Positions 18,551-28,830 of a DNA stretch of 64,000 nt are shown in pieces (position 1 is the first letter of the stretch; each line of letters opens with the position of its first letter). Under the pieces are notes generated by a model that was not told the origin of the DNA, ran no database searches, and saw only the letters and a list, made by a program, of their open reading frames with translations. The stretch comes from an uncultured Gemmatimonadales bacterium (GTDB lineage: Bacteria > Gemmatimonadota > Gemmatimonadetes > Palauibacterales > Palauibacteraceae): NCBI GenBank assembly GCA_963783385.1, contig CAWANJ010000007.1, positions 32,001 to 96,000 on the forward strand, read 5' to 3'. A program made the position numbers and the translations under genes.

Positions 18551-20086
18551 GAGCGAAGCGCATCGAAGCCGTGGGACGGGTGCGGAGCGCGAGGATCTTC
18601 CTCCTTCTCTTCGGCTGCCTGCTCCCGGCCGGCTGTCATGCCCAGTCGCTGCGGACGTCGGTCGTCCGTGAGGCGTATCATCGGACCGTCGTCCGGTCGC
18701 GCGATTCGACGCCGCCCTCCGACAACCTGGACGGCTCCATCGTGTGGCAGGAGGCCTACGTCCTCCAGTCCCTGGTGGACATGTATCGGGCCACCGGCGA
18801 CACCTCCTACCTGTCCACGTTCGTGCGTCGGGCCGATGCGGTCGTCCGCGTGCGGGACGACGTGGCGGGGAGGAAGGAGTGGGATGGCGGCGAGCGGATC
18901 GGCTGGCAGACGGCCGACGGATACACGTTCGGCGGGCCCATCGTCCTCGACGACGCGCACGGCGAGCCCGCGCTCCGCGTGCGTGCGGTCCACATTCTCG
19001 GACAACGATTCCACGCGAATCGAAGTCACCAGCTCCGACGGTGTCCACTACGCGCTCCGGGTCACGAACACGGCGGAGCGGGGACGGCCCGCCGAGCGCA
19101 CGTACCGGGATCTCACCCAGGAGACGGCGGAGCGGACGATCGATGGCGATCTGACGCCGGAGGACTGGATCGAGGTGACGGTGGTCGGACCCCACGCCCC
19201 CGCCGTCACCGATCACCCGCTCCTGTTCCAGGCCGACCGCGCGGTGCTGTCCACCTTCCACGACGCCTTCATCATGATTCCGTTCACGCGCTTCGCCAGC
19301 GTGGTGCTGCGCGACAGCGTGAAGGGCTTCGAGGCGCCCGCCCGCAGGTACGCGGCCATGGCGGACACGATCTTCCGCCTCAATCGGCCCTACTGGGTGG
19401 ACCGGGGCGACTACGGCTTCTACCGCATCGAGCCATCCGCGCCCTTCTGGATGGCCGGCATGGCGGCGCCCACGAACGTGCAGAGCGCCAACGGCCTGTA
19501 CCTGCTGGACCTGGCCCGGGCGACCGGTGACACCGCCGCTCGCCGTCGGGCCGATCAGCTCCTCGGGCTGATCCGCCGCATCAGCCGGGTCACGCCGGAT
19601 GGGACCTACTCGTTCCCCTATCTGTTCCTGGAAGGCAACACGGGCTGGGGGCCCGGGACGGGCGTGCCGAGGCCGCAAGGAAGCATCTACGCCAGCTACC
19701 GTGGCCGCGACGCCGCCGACGACGCGTCCCACGGGGCGTGGACGGGCCAGTTCGTGTGGACGGCGCACGAGGCTGGCCTCGGGCTCACACCGGCGGAGAT
19801 GGCGCGCTGGAGAGCCACGGCGGCGGCGATGCTTCCGCCCGCGGGCGCCGCGGGGCTGCGGGTTTCCGTCCGGCTCCCGGGCGGGGCCGACGCCAGCGGA
19901 CCCGGACGGTTCGACTACACGGCGCCCACCTGGGCCCTGTTCGCCGTGGGAGGCGACGCGACCCTCGCCGTCCGCGCGGCCCGACTCTACGGGGAGCGAT
20001 TCGGCGACTCGGGCAGCTCGGTCGTCCAGCTGGGGTGGGCCCGGCTCGCATGGCTCGCCAGGGCCCTCGAGAAGCCGTCCCGGTGA
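18547..20086 (+). CDS. Putative lipoprotein of unknown function, possibly an alpha/alpha-toroid carbohydrate-active fold; frameshift near 18988
   Basis: Lipobox-like LLPAGC; LVDMYRATGDTSYL and LDLARATGD helical-repeat motifs; overlapping starts and stops with both neighbours. Confidence 0.6.
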
Positions 20087-21429
20087 CGACCGCCGACGCG
20101 ACCGTCCGGTCCGGCGAGCCGGTACGGGAGGCCGGGTGGATGCTGGACTACCGGACCGCGCTGGCGCTCACCTTCGCGGTCGGGTTCGCGGGCCTCTCGA
20201 TTCCCTACGGCGTGCCCCTGTACGCACCGCTGGCCGCCTACACGTTCCTCTGCCTGATGGCCACGGGACGCCTGGAATTCCCGGTCAACGCCGGGGTGCT
20301 GCTCGTGGCGCTGGCCGTGGCCTTCTACCTGCTCGGGCTCCTGAGGAGCGACCGGTTGTGGGGTCAGAACGTAGGCGACCTCAGGAACCTCGTGGGCGTG
20401 GCCCTCACGCTGCCGGCCCTGGCGGCGCTCTCGGAGCGCTCCGACTTCGAGTTGTTTCGGGCCCGGCTGGCGGCGCTGTGTGCCTGGCTCCTCGGGCTGA
20501 TCGGCGTCGTGGCCCTGGCCAAGTTCGCGCTCCTCACGCGGGGCATCAGGATCGGGGCCTTCACATCGCCCGCCGGAACCTACCCGTGGGGCAGTTCCCT
20601 GGTCGCCGATTACAACTTCTTCGCCTTCGGCATGCTGGTGGGGACCCTCTCGTGTCTCTTCCGGCAGGCCAGGATCGACGCCGGCTTCGAGCGGACGGTC
20701 CTCCGGACGCTGGCCGTGGTCACCGTGGTGGCCGGGATTCTGTCCAGCTCGCGCCGCTACTGGGTCGTGGCCGCCCTGGGTCTCCTGCTCCTCCTCGGAT
20801 ACGGGGCGTTCCGGCTCCTGGGGGCCGCCGTGCGGGTGAGCCGCGGCCGCATGTTCCTGCCCCGGCTCGCGGTGTGGATCGGGACCGCGCTCGTGCTGGC
20901 GGGGACGGGCTACCTGGGGTGGAGAGTGGCGACCTGGGGCGTGTCGGCCGACGCCTTCCGGGTGCTGTTCGTGCGGCTGTCGACGTTGCAGACCGGCACG
21001 GGGAGCTTCTCCTCCCGCACGGAGCGCTGGCGGCTGGCGGCTCGCATGGTCGAGGACGCGAGCCCGTGGCAGCTCCTCTTCGGCCAGGGCTTCTCCTACA
21101 TCCACCGCTTCGCCCTGCACTTCGGCGTCCCCGGTGGAGAGGACTACCCTCACAACCCGATCCTCTCGGCGATCCTCTACTCGGGGATACCGGGCGGGCT
21201 CGTCGTCGTGACCCTCATCGTCGGAGCCCTGGCCGGCTACGCGAGGCGGTGGGCGCGTGATAAGTTCTTCCTCGCCCTGTTCGTGTGTGGGCTCCTGTTC
21301 ATCCTTCCCAGCGAGAACAGCATGTTTTCGGTGAAGTTCTTCCCCCTCCTGCTCCTGCTGCCGTGGATGATGCCCGGGCGCGCTCGACCCGCTGCCGGGG
21401 CGAGGCTCGCGCAGGGAGCGGTCGGCTGA
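20083..21429 (+). CDS. wzy: Wzy polymerase / O-antigen ligase family protein
   Basis: 10-12 TM segments; SSRR, R...W, LFGQGF and YPHNPILSAILYSG motifs. Confidence 0.8.
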   Translation: MTTADATVRSGEPVREAGWMLDYRTALALTFAVGFAGLSIPYGVPLYAPLAAYTFLCLMATGRLEFPVNAGVLLVALAVAFYLLGLLRSDRLWGQNVGDLRNLVGVALTLPALAALSERSDFELFRARLAALCAWLLGLIGVVALAKFALLTRGIRIGAFTSPAGTYPWGSSLVADYNFFAFGMLVGTLSCLFRQARIDAGFERTVLRTLAVVTVVAGILSSSRRYWVVAALGLLLLLGYGAFRLLGAAVRVSRGRMFLPRLAVWIGTALVLAGTGYLGWRVATWGVSADAFRVLFVRLSTLQTGTGSFSSRTERWRLAARMVEDASPWQLLFGQGFSYIHRFALHFGVPGGEDYPHNPILSAILYSGIPGGLVVVTLIVGALAGYARRWARDKFFLALFVCGLLFILPSENSMFSVKFFPLLLLLPWMMPGRARPAAGARLAQGAVG

Positions 21430-22432
21430 TGCCGCGGGTCCGGCGCAGGGCGCTCGGAGTCGGCTTGGCGCTGGCGTGCGGGCTCGGCATCGCCCTGGCG
21501 GCGGCCGGATGCGGCGAATCTCCGCTCGCGCCTCCCAGGCTCCTGGGCATTCTCACACCGATCGGCGATTCCGGCGTCGAGGTCCGCATCCAGGACCAGG
21601 GCATCATGGACCGGGACGCGTCCACGATGTGGTACGACCAGTACTCGATCACGGCTCCCGACCTGGGGCCCGAGGACGACCAGGGCGTGCCGTTCGTCGA
21701 GGTGAACGGCCAGCTCTACTACCATCCCGTCAAGATCGCTCAGCGAGGGCTGCGCTTCCTGTGGACGTTCGGGCAGACGGGCGACTCCACGTACCTGGAC
21801 TACGCTTACCGCTTCGCGGCGCGACTGCGGGCCACGGCGGACGTGTCGAGCGACGGAGCGCGCTTCTATCCCTATCCCTACGACTTCGACCTGCACCACC
21901 GGTCCAGCGAGCGGATGGAGGCTCCGTGGTACAGCGGGATGGCGGAGGGGCAGGCGCTGTCTTTCTTCGTTCGACTGTATCGACTCACCGGCGATCCGTC
22001 CTATCGGGAGGCGGCCGACAGCACGTTCGCCACTTTCCTGACGCCCAAGACGCCGGAGGGTCACCCCGATCGGTTCGTCGCGCACGTGGACAGCTCCGGG
22101 TACTACTGGATCGACGAGTACCCGATGGTCCGCCAGAACAACGACACACTGAACGGCTTCATCTACGGCGTGTTCGGGCTGTACGAGTACTGGCGGCTGA
22201 GCGGTGATCCCGACGGGCCCGCCAGCTGGTGCTGGCGTCGCTCACCACGCTGCGGGCCTACCTTCCCGCGTTCCGCGTGGCGGGCGAGCCCAGCTACTAC
22301 TGCCTGCGGCACCGGGTCCAGGACCCCAAGTACCACGAGGTGCACGTCCAGGAGCTGCACCAGCTGGCGTTGATGTCGGGCGATGTCTACTTCCAGCAGA
22401 TGTCCGACCTCTTCCACCGCGATCACGGGTGA
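21429..22432 (+). CDS. D-glucuronyl C5-epimerase family lipoprotein; frameshift near 22215
   Basis: Lipobox LAAAGC; PWYSGMAEGQALS, WIDEYP, LNGFIYGVFGLYEY, SYYCL and YHEVHVQEL match the C5-epimerase C-terminal domain. Confidence 0.85.
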
Positions 22433-23652
22433 GGGTCGTCTACCTGCACCAGTACTTCAACACCCCGGCCATGAGCGGGGGGACGCGCTCGTACGAGATG
22501 GCCCGGCGCCTGGTCGAGGCGGGACACGCCGTCGACCTGATCACCTCCCGGCGGGACGCGTCGAGCCCAGCCGGCGGCTGGTCGGTCCAGGAGATCGATG
22601 GAATCCGTGTCCACTGGCTTCCGGTGCGCTACTCGAACCGCATGAGCTACCGGCGGCGGCTGGCATCCTTCCTTCGCTACTCGGTCGGGGCGGCTCGCCG
22701 GGCCGCCGGCATTCCCTGCGACGTGGTGTTCGCGACCAGCACACCGCTCACCATCGCCCTTCCCGGCATCGTGGCCTCGCGACGATGGAAAGTGCCGATG
22801 GTGTTCGAGGTACGGGACCTGTGGCCGGAGGTGCCGATCGCCATGGGAGCATTGCGCAATCCGCTCGCTCGCGGAGCGGCTCGGGCGCTCGAGCGGTGGG
22901 CCTACCGCAGCTCGGCCCGCATCGTCGCCCTGTCGGAGGGCATGGCTGAGGGTGTGCGTAGGACGGGGTACCCCGCCGACCGCGTCGTCGTGATTCCCAA
23001 CGCGTGCGACACGCGGATGTTCGATCCCTCGCCCGGTCCCGGCCGTGCTTTCCGAGAGGAGCACGCCTGGCTCGGGGACCGGCCGCTCGTCCTGTACGCG
23101 GGCACTCTGGGCCGGGTGAACGGAGTGGGCTACCTGGCGGAGATGGCCGCCGCCGTGAGGCCGCTCGATCCGCGGGTCCGGTTCCTGGTGGTCGGGGATG
23201 GGAGCGAGCGGGAGATCGTGGAGCGACGGGCTGCCGAGCTGGGCGTCCTCGGGACGACCTTCTTCATGCTCCCGCGCCAGCCCAAGCAGGCCATGCCGGC
23301 GCTCCTGTCGGCGTCCACCGTGGCGACCTCGGTCGTCGTCGACGTGCCCGAGCTGCAGCACAACTCGGCCAACAAGTTCTTCGACGCCCTGGCCGCCGGC
23401 CGCCCGGTCCTCATCAACCACGGGGGCTGGCAGGCGGACCTCCTTCGGGAGACCGGGGCGGGTATCGTCGTGCCTCCGGACCGTCCCTCGGAGGCCGCTC
23501 GCCTGCTCCACGAGCTGCTGGTGGATGGAGAGCGCCTGGCCGCGGCGGGCCGCCGTGCGCGCGAGCTGGCGGAGACGAGCTTCGACCGCGATCGGTTGGC
23601 CGGCCTGCTGGCGGACACCCTGGAAGCCGCCGTCGGGACCGGGGAGTCGTGA
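22429..23652 (+). CDS. Glycosyltransferase family 4 (WbuB-like)
   Basis: HQYFNTP...GGTRSYE, FEVRDLWPE, SANKFFDALAAGRP. Confidence 0.9.
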   Translation: MRVVYLHQYFNTPAMSGGTRSYEMARRLVEAGHAVDLITSRRDASSPAGGWSVQEIDGIRVHWLPVRYSNRMSYRRRLASFLRYSVGAARRAAGIPCDVVFATSTPLTIALPGIVASRRWKVPMVFEVRDLWPEVPIAMGALRNPLARGAARALERWAYRSSARIVALSEGMAEGVRRTGYPADRVVVIPNACDTRMFDPSPGPGRAFREEHAWLGDRPLVLYAGTLGRVNGVGYLAEMAAAVRPLDPRVRFLVVGDGSEREIVERRAAELGVLGTTFFMLPRQPKQAMPALLSASTVATSVVVDVPELQHNSANKFFDALAAGRPVLINHGGWQADLLRETGAGIVVPPDRPSEAARLLHELLVDGERLAAAGRRARELAETSFDRDRLAGLLADTLEAAVGTGES

Positions 23653-23656
23653 GCCG

Positions 23657-24310
23657 GTGACGGGAGGCCCGGCGTACCCCGGGAAGCGCTGGATGGACGT
23701 GGCGGGCAGCCTCGTCGGCCTCGTCCTCACCCTGCCCCTGACGGTCTTGATCGCGCTGGCCATCAAGCTGGAGGACCGGGGTCCGGGCCTCTACGTGCAG
23801 GAGCGGCTGGGATGCGGCGGCGAGCCCTTCCGGCTCCTCAAGTTCCGGAGCATGGTGGTGGGGGCCGACGGCATGGCGGAGGGGTATCGGATCCGGCGCG
23901 GGGACGAGCGAATCACGCGGGTCGGAAGCATCCTCCGCCGGTTCAGCCTGGACGAACTGCCCCAGCTCGTCAACGTGCTCCGGGGCGAGATGAGCCTCGT
24001 GGGACCCCGGCCGGCTCTCCTCAGGGACCTGGAGCGTTACTCGGAGGGGGAGCGGCGACGGCTGGACGTGAAGCCCGGGATCACGGGGCTTGCACAGATC
24101 TCGGGCCGCGCGTCCATTCCGTGGCGTGAGCGCATCTCGTACGATCTCGACTACGTCGATCGTGCCAGCTTCCTCCTGGACCTCAAGATCCTCGCGACCA
24201 CGGTGGCCCGTCTGTTTGCCGAGCGCGACGTGTACCCCTCGCAGGACCCCTGGACTCCGGACGCGACCGGGGACGGCAGTCCGGACTCCGACGGTGACGC
24301 CCGTGGCTGA
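23657..24310 (+). CDS. Initiating phosphoglycosyl transferase (bacterial sugar transferase, PglC-like)
   Basis: KRWMD, KFRSM, SLDELPQLVNVLRGEMSLVGPRP, KPGITGLAQ. Confidence 0.93.
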   Translation: MTGGPAYPGKRWMDVAGSLVGLVLTLPLTVLIALAIKLEDRGPGLYVQERLGCGGEPFRLLKFRSMVVGADGMAEGYRIRRGDERITRVGSILRRFSLDELPQLVNVLRGEMSLVGPRPALLRDLERYSEGERRRLDVKPGITGLAQISGRASIPWRERISYDLDYVDRASFLLDLKILATTVARLFAERDVYPSQDPWTPDATGDGSPDSDGDARG

Positions 24311-25271
24311 GGCGCCGCGGTCACCGGCCGAGGACGTCGTCCGCCAGGCCAACGAGGCGCTCCTGGTCCTGGAGGATCGCCTGACGTCCGGCTTCGAGGG
24401 GCCCGGGCGACCGGTGACCTTCATCCTGGGACCGCCCCGCACGGGCACGACGCTCATCAGCCAGCTCCTGGCGGACCGCGGGGGCTTCGCGTACGTGAGC
24501 AACTTCCTGGCCCGCTTCTGGTTGGCGCCCTACGTGGGCTCCCGGCTGGAGCAGGAGGTCGGCGTGCGGGAGGTCCGTCCGCGCTCCACCTACCGGTCGC
24601 GATCGGGGGCCACGCGCGGTCCCGCGGAACCCCACGAGTTCACCTTCTTCTGGAACCGGTGGTTCGAGCTCGGCCAGGTCACCCAGAAGCTGGGGCCCGC
24701 CGAGCTGGAACGGGTGGACGCGGCCGGCCTGGCCCGGTCGGTGGGGGCCCTGGAGGCGGCCTGGGAGCGGCCGGTCGTGTTCAAGAACAGCTTCTGGTGC
24801 AATTTCCAGGTGGCCTTTCTGGCCGACCTGTTCCCGGGCTCGGTGTTCGTGCGCTGCCGGCGGGCGCCGGAGTGGGCCGCCCAGTCCATCGCGCTCAGCC
24901 GCGAGGCGCTGCTCGGGTCGCGGGAGCGCTGGTGGTCCATGAAGCCGGCCGAGTTCCCGCGCCTGCGCGACCTGCCCTGGTGGGAGCAGATCGCCGGCCA
25001 GGTGGCCTTCACCGAGCGCGAGCTGTCGCGCAGCCTGGCCGCCCTGGCTCCGGAGCGGGTGGTCGAGGCCCCCTACCTGGAGGTCTGCCGCGACCCGCGC
25101 GGGTTCGTGCAGCGGGTGGCCGAGGCCGTGCGGACCGCCGGGGGCGAGCTGCCACCGCCGGCCGCGCTGCCCGAGGGGTTCGAGCCCACCAACGAGGCGC
25201 GGATCGACCCGCGGGACGTCCGCCGCCTCGAGGAGGCTCTGGAGCGCTTCTCCTCCGGGGAGCCGGACTGA
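24303..25271 (+). CDS. PAPS-dependent sulfotransferase
   Basis: FILGPPRTGTTL 5'-PSB loop; VVFKN; RRAPEWAAQS 3'-PB-like region; YLEVCRDP; no signal peptide. Confidence 0.82.
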   Translation: MAEAPRSPAEDVVRQANEALLVLEDRLTSGFEGPGRPVTFILGPPRTGTTLISQLLADRGGFAYVSNFLARFWLAPYVGSRLEQEVGVREVRPRSTYRSRSGATRGPAEPHEFTFFWNRWFELGQVTQKLGPAELERVDAAGLARSVGALEAAWERPVVFKNSFWCNFQVAFLADLFPGSVFVRCRRAPEWAAQSIALSREALLGSRERWWSMKPAEFPRLRDLPWWEQIAGQVAFTERELSRSLAALAPERVVEAPYLEVCRDPRGFVQRVAEAVRTAGGELPPPAALPEGFEPTNEARIDPRDVRRLEEALERFSSGEPD

Positions 25272-26371
25272 TGGGGAAGGTGGGAAGGGTGGGCGAGACC
25301 GGGACGGCCGAGGTCCTTACGCTCGCGGAGGACCGCGAGCGCTGGGAGGCGGTCGTGGCGGAGGTCGCCCGAGCACCGACGTGTACTTCACCGCCGGCTA
25401 CTACGGGACGTTCGAGGCGTACGAGGACGCCGGGGCGCGCATGTTCGTGTACGAGGAGGGAGGCGACCGGACGTGCTTTCCCTTCTTCCTGCGCCGCATT
25501 GGGGAGCAGGATCTGTTCGACGTCACCACGGCCTACGGCTACGGCGGCTTCCTGGTGCCGGAGCGCCGACGCGGCGACGCGTCGTACGCCGAGGGCCTGA
25601 CGGCCGCCCTGGACGATTACTACCTGCGGGCGGGGGTCGTGTCCGAGTTCGTGCGGTTCCATCCCGTGCTCCGAACGCAGACGTTCGCGCCGGTCGGGAC
25701 GCACTTCGTACAGCCCACGATCGCGGTCGACACGACGGCCGGACCCGGAGGAGATCTGGGAGCGCTACAGCGGATCGCAGCGGCGCGCCGTGCGCAAGGC
25801 CAGGCAGGCGGAGCTCGCGTTCGAGATTCGATCGGGGGCCTCGGCCGTGCCGGGCTGGCTCTCGGAGTTCTCGGACCTCTACCTTCGGACAATGCGGCGC
25901 GTGGGCGCCGCCGAGTGGTACCTGTTTCCGGAGACCCTGCTCGAGGAGCACGCACGGCAGATGGGCGGCCACGTTCTGCAGGTCTCGGTGCACGCCGATT
26001 CGGGCATGGTGGCCGGTGCGCTGCTCTTGTCCTGGAACGGCCATCTGCATTACCACCTTGGCGCCTCCGAGGCCGACGCGCTCCACCTTCGGCCCAACAA
26101 CTGGCTCTTCCACCGCGTGATCGAGTGGGCCCACGAGAACGGATACGCGAGCTTCCACCTGGGAGGCGGCGTGCACGGCGAGGACTCGCTGTACCGATTC
26201 AAGCGCGGCCTCGATCCGACCGGTCGGTGCGAGTTCCACGTCGGACGGCGTATCATCGAGCCCGAGGTCTACCGCGAGCTCGCCGACGCCTGGCGCGAGA
26301 CCGTGCCCGAGGAGGCCACCTTCGACCCGGACTACTTCCCGCTGTATCGCGCGAAGGTCGAGCATGACTGA
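25271..26371 (+). CDS. FemAB-like GNAT family acyltransferase; frameshifts near 25370 and 25770
   Basis: DVYF, TAYGYGG, VVSEFVRFHP; then HYHLGAS...PNNWL...FHLGGG...SLYRFK and YFPLYR. Confidence 0.75.
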
Positions 26372-27506
26372 CATCTCCCGCGGGACCACCGAGGCGCCGC
26401 CCCGGATCGGGATGTCGAGCCCCGACATCGACCCGGCCGACATCGAGGCCGTGCTCGAGGTGCTCCGGTCGGGCCGGCTGGCCCTGGGGCCCAGCGCCGA
26501 GGCCTTCGAGGCGCGGGTGGCCGAGCGCGCGGGCGTCGATCACGCGGTCGCGGTCAGCTCGGGCACCGCGGCGCTGCACCTGGCGGTCCGCGCGCTCGGG
26601 CTGGGACCGGGGGACGAGGTCCTGGTGCCTTCGTTCACCTTCGTGGCCAGCGTGAACGCCCTCCTGTTCGAGGGCGTCACGCCCGTGTTCGTGGACATCC
26701 GCCCGGACACGTACAACCTGGACCCCGACGACCTCGAGCGCCGCGTCACGCCGGGCGCCCGCGCTGTCATGACCGTGGACGTATTCGGCCACCCGGTGGA
26801 CTGGGACGAGATCCTGCCCATCGCCCGCCGCCACGACCTCCGGATCATCGACGACTCCTGCGAGGCGCTGGGCGCCGAATACGGCGGCCGGCCCGCAGGC
26901 GGCTTCGGCGACGTGGCGGCGTTCGCCTTCTACCCGAACAAGCAGATCACCACGGGCGAGGGAGGCATGGTGGTCACGGGCGACCCGGAGCTGGCCCAGA
27001 CGATCCGGAGCCTGCGGAACCAGGGCCGGGGCCGGATGGGCGCGTGGCTGCACCACGAGCGCCTGGGCTTCAACTATCGCATGGACGAGATGAGCGCCGC
27101 GCTGGGCGAGTCCCAGATGCGCCGCCTCGACGGGATCCTCGAGCGTCGGTCGCGCGTCGCCGCCCTGTACGGGGAGCGGCTCGCGGGCCTCGACGCCGTG
27201 CGGCTCCCCGTCGTGCGCGACGGCGTCCGCATGAGCTGGTTCGTCTACGTGGTCAGGCTCGATGCGACCCTGGACCGGGACCGCGTGATCGAGTCGCTCC
27301 AGGCGCAGGGCGTGCCGAGCCGCGGCTACTTCACCCCGGTCCACCGGCAGCCCTACCTGGCCGACCACCCGAGCGCGGCCCGGGCGCGTCTCCCGGTGAC
27401 CGAAGAAGCGGCCCGCCGGACGCTGGCCCTCCCCTTCCACGGAGGCCTCACGGAGAACGAGGTCGACCGGGTGGGCCGGGCGCTCGAGAAGGCCACCCGG
27501 TCATGA
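26364..27506 (+). CDS. DegT/DnrJ/EryC1/StrS sugar aminotransferase
   Basis: SSGTAALHL, DSCEALG, FYPNKQITTGEGGM, GFNYRM. Confidence 0.93.
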   Translation: MTDISRGTTEAPPRIGMSSPDIDPADIEAVLEVLRSGRLALGPSAEAFEARVAERAGVDHAVAVSSGTAALHLAVRALGLGPGDEVLVPSFTFVASVNALLFEGVTPVFVDIRPDTYNLDPDDLERRVTPGARAVMTVDVFGHPVDWDEILPIARRHDLRIIDDSCEALGAEYGGRPAGGFGDVAAFAFYPNKQITTGEGGMVVTGDPELAQTIRSLRNQGRGRMGAWLHHERLGFNYRMDEMSAALGESQMRRLDGILERRSRVAALYGERLAGLDAVRLPVVRDGVRMSWFVYVVRLDATLDRDRVIESLQAQGVPSRGYFTPVHRQPYLADHPSAARARLPVTEEAARRTLALPFHGGLTENEVDRVGRALEKATRS

Positions 27507-28603
27507 ACGGCGGCGAAGGCCCCGGACCGGCCCGCGGGCCGGCCAGCGGACCCGCCCGCGGGTCGGCCGCCTCCCGCGCGGCCCTCACGCCGCTCGAGGC
27601 CGCCAACGTCCTGCTGCGCCACTGGCGTCCGGTGGTCGGCGTGCCGCTGGCCCTGGCGTTCGTGGTCGGCCTCGCCGGCCTCCTGCGGCCGCGCGAGTAC
27701 ACCTCGGGGGCCAGCTTCATGCCCAACCAGGCGACCTCCAACAACACCGCCCTGGCCGGCATCGCGGCGCAGTTCGGCGTCAACATCGGGGCCCAGGCGG
27801 GCAACTCGCCCGAGTTCTACGCCGGCCTGCTCAGCTCCCACGACCTGCTGCGCTCGGCCGTGCTGTCCCGCTACGCGTCCTCCGCCGGCTCGCGCGACCT
27901 TGTCCAGATCTGGGAGGTCTCGGCCGGCGACTCGGCCCGGAGCGTCGAGAAGGCCATCACGCTGCTCGGCCGGCGCATGACCGTGGGGGTGCGCTCGCAG
28001 ACCGGCGTCGTGGAGGTCGCGGTGCAGACGCGGGATCCGTCGCTCTCGCGCCAGATCACGTCTCGGCTCCTCGACCTCGTCAATACCTTCAACCTGGACA
28101 CGCGCCAGTCGCAGGCCGGCGCGCAGCGGAAGTTCATCGCGGGCCGCCTCCAGGTGTCCCGGCGCCAGCTCCTCCAGTCCGAGGACAGCCTGCAGGCGTT
28201 CCTCGAGCACAACCGGAGCTACCAGAACTCCCCGGAGCTCCAGTTCGAGGAGTCCCGCCTGCAGCGGCACGTGGACCTGCGTCAGCAGGTGTACACCTCC
28301 CTGGCGCAGTCCTACGAGCAGGCCCGCATCGACGAGGTCCGGACGACGCCGGTCATCACCGTCGTGGATCCACCGGGGCTCCCGGCCCGACCCGATCGCC
28401 GCCACCTGTTCCTCTACGTGGGGATCGCGCTCGTCCTGGGGGGGATCGTGGGGATCGTGCTGGCTTTCGCGGCCAGCTATCTGGAGCGGGCCCGGGAGCT
28501 GGACCCCGGCGAGTTCGACGAGTTCAAAGCCGGATGGCGGTCGATGCTGGCCGACGTTCGCGGGCTGGCTCGCCGGCTGCGCCGGAGTCGTGGGGGGCCC
28601 TGA
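27503..28603 (+). CDS. Wzz/GumC-type polysaccharide co-polymerase without a kinase domain
   Basis: Two TM segments flanking a coiled coil; VVDPPGLPARP Pro-rich motif before TM2. Confidence 0.8.
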   Translation: MNGGEGPGPARGPASGPARGSAASRAALTPLEAANVLLRHWRPVVGVPLALAFVVGLAGLLRPREYTSGASFMPNQATSNNTALAGIAAQFGVNIGAQAGNSPEFYAGLLSSHDLLRSAVLSRYASSAGSRDLVQIWEVSAGDSARSVEKAITLLGRRMTVGVRSQTGVVEVAVQTRDPSLSRQITSRLLDLVNTFNLDTRQSQAGAQRKFIAGRLQVSRRQLLQSEDSLQAFLEHNRSYQNSPELQFEESRLQRHVDLRQQVYTSLAQSYEQARIDEVRTTPVITVVDPPGLPARPDRRHLFLYVGIALVLGGIVGIVLAFAASYLERARELDPGEFDEFKAGWRSMLADVRGLARRLRRSRGGP

Positions 28604-28647
28604 AGCGGGCCCTGACGGGCATCGGGAGCGGTCGTTCGTTTCCGCTC

Positions 28648-28705
28648 AATGTCAGGCCTTGTCAATTCTTGTCAAAGACTGACATTTCTTGACAATGTCT
28701 GCCAT
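28648..28705 (+). repeat. Phased TGNCA palindromic element, copy 2
   Basis: AATGTCAGGCCTTGTCAATTCTTGTCAAAGACTGACATTTCTTGACAATGTCTGCCAT; motifs at exactly 28650, 28660, 28670, 28680, 28690, 28700. Confidence 0.88.
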
Positions 28706-28830
28706 CCTCTCCGGAAGATGATCGGCAGCCCCTTTCCCCCCTCTCCTCCTCCTCCTCCTCGGAGCTCCACACCACCGCGCACCGTGGCCTCGATGCCCCG
28801 GGCCGACTCGCCCCGGTGAGTGGCCGCGGC

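Noticed and set aside
28648-28705. CRISPR array or Pho-box/-35 promoter reading of the TGTCA/TTGACA arrays
   Set aside because: Units are 10 bp with no unique spacers and no cas genes. Pho boxes have an 11-bp period. Three of five copies lie between convergent 3' ends where promoters are unlikely, and no matching -10 boxes were seen.
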